Part shown: positions 61,996 to 64,000 of the stretch, in pieces
Layout of the letters: each line of letters begins with the position of its first letter
Numbering within the stretch: position 1 is the stretch's first letter
DNA from: Camelus dromedarius
Taxonomy: Eukaryota
Assembly (NCBI RefSeq): GCF_036321535.1
Contig: NC_087437.1
Span: forward strand, 49,230,001 to 49,294,000
Direction of reading: 5' to 3'
DNA length: 64,000 nt
Notes under the pieces: model-generated
What the model was told of the DNA's origin: nothing
The model's database searches: none
Seen by the model: the letters and a program-made list of their open reading frames with translations, nothing else
Program-made: the position numbers and the translations under genes

Positions 61996-64000
61996 GTAGG
62001 AATTAATTTCACTTGCCCAAAATTTAGATTCTGAAATCAATGCTCATTATAATGATTCAGACAGACAGTACAAAGCTTCAGAGAAGTAGGACAATGCTAA
62101 TGATACACTTCATACACTAGTTTCCTCTATCCTCATTTCCTCATGTTAACTTCTTCCTGCCGTTTTCTTCATTCATCAAACATTAGCTGATGCTTCCACA
62201 GTGTGCAGCCACTAGGCTGGCCTGGGATACATGACTGTTGTCAAATAGTTTGGGAGACTCTGCATACTTTTTCCTCCCTGCTCTTGCATATTAGAGAATT
62301 CCTGCTGTAAATAAACTTGTGTGATATTGTTAAATCCGGCATTTTCCAAACATATTTACCCACATACATATCCTTTCTTCAAGGAATATCTGTTATCCTG
62401 CAGAGCACCTTTGGAAAAAGTGGATTTGACAATGACTTTTTTTTTTTTTCATATTGATATGAAATCAGTATTGATGGAATTTGCTGGTAGTGCATTTATT
62501 GCCTTTTAAAATAACCATTGCTAAAGAGGTAGAGGATAAAAAACTGCTGGTAGCTTATCCATGTTCTAAAGTTTCTCTTGGAAGACTTGACCTGTTCTAA
62601 AGGAAACAGAAACAATCCTGAATTTTTATGATTATAGTAGACTTTAGATAAGAATCCTAACAAATACCTCTACTTCTCTTTAGAAAAGGGCAAACTCAAC
62701 CAATTCAACTACTTTGTCACAAATTTGGCTAAATGATTCAGTATAATCATCTTGATCTCTGTCCCATTGTTATTTTTTCAGTTTGTCTTTAGTTACTTTC
62801 AGATTATTAAAGCAACATGTGTACTTTAAAAACACACAAATCAAACAGAAGTATGTAAAGTACACAGTAAAAACCAAAAGTGATTTTTCATTCCTGCCAT
62901 GTCAGTCTCATTCCCTGAGAGTGTTTCTACGTTTCTTTCTGTATTTTTCCTATACTGTGTTTACACACACACAAACACACACACACATACATAATGTATG
63001 AGGAAATAAATATGTACAATGTGTAAAATATAATGCATAAAATATATATTTTTACAAAGATGGCATCATGTATTGTTCTAAAATCCACTTTTGTGTATTA
63101 AATATATTGCCTCAGTTTTCTAAAATTCCCTGGAAATAAGGCTCTTAGGTTCCTGTGCACCTTTCACAATTTTTAGAGTTCATTCCCATGAGCTATGTAA
63201 ATAATAACACCTGGACCTAGTCTTAAAAAGAACTCACATGAGTAAATTGTTTGCCCAAATATCCAGGTACCACTTGGTTAGTTAATAAAGCCTCAGCACA
63301 TTGTTACATGGGGATGTATTCTTGTGCATTAGTTATGAGTGTGCCACACGACCTTCACAACTGTGTTCTATGCAAACACATTTCTGCAAAGCAAATACTC
63401 TTTAAATATGCTAGAAGAGATGACTATTTAAAGGAAAGCTGTCACAAATTCTATTTTACATCTAAGAATTCTATTGAAAAATAAGTAATTGCTCCCTAAT
63501 TCATGAGTCTGAGTAATTCAGGTTTTTATAAATCAAACATGTGCGTTTTGGGAAGACTTTACGAGCCTCCAAAACAACGAAATAACAGACTCTTACTCTT
63601 GCAAGATCCTTTCATTTACAAAACCATGATCAATAAGAAAGATAAAGCTAAATCTTTAAATAAAAGAGAATGTTCTTTCCGCAGTGTCCACTTCTTTCTT
63701 CCATTTTTTTCTCCTTTCATGAGATAGCAAATGGAGGATATTTTTAGTTTGTTTATACTGAACTATTACTTGGTAAGATTTACCTTTAAAACAAAATATT
63801 TATTTGAAGAGATTAGCTACCATTACATTTAAAAATTGTATTTACAGTGTTTTCTAAAATAAAGTGAACATGCACTTGATAAAAAATGCTCAGGCAGTAA
63901 AGAAAGAGACTCAAAGTGAAATCTCTCTCTTCAAATCTCACCCCAAACAAGCAGTACCACTCGCCAAGATAACAATGGTTAATAGCATCTTGTGTTTATC

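Noticed and set aside
1..64000. Host gene strand from L1 orientation bias
   Set aside because: Minus-strand L1s are somewhat more common but several kb of plus-strand L1 are present, so the strand and even the existence of a host gene cannot be called.

Overview
This is AT-rich, CpG-depleted mammalian nuclear DNA, either intergenic or deep intronic. I could not support any host protein-coding exon, RNA gene or prokaryote-type system. The young L1 3' UTRs and the lack of Alu, B1, Bov-tA, PRE or CAN SINEs suggest a cetartiodactyl, probably a camelid (recognition only). About 20 kb (18.5-38.7 kb) is almost all LINE-1. It holds (i) a full-length ~7.5 kb minus-strand L1 with a target-site duplication, CpG-rich 5' UTR, intact 300-aa ORF1 and a dead ORF2 carrying a 199-bp tandem duplication in the endonuclease domain, and (ii) an ~11 kb nested, scrambled stack of older L1 pieces in both orientations. 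The rest has ordinary old eutherian repeats (L1MB/MC/ME, L2, L3, MIR, MER5, MER20, MER45A, Charlie1b, MADE2, MLT1D) and several repeat-poor, TAAT-rich blocks that look like candidate enhancers. The best observations are traces of retrotransposition and repair: the diverged EN duplication, a tailless L1 fragment inserted with no TSD, a tiny twin-priming inversion and an 82-bp unique-sequence duplication. I found no convincing new biological system. Repeat family names come from recalled consensus sequences and need RepeatMasker/Dfam confirmation.
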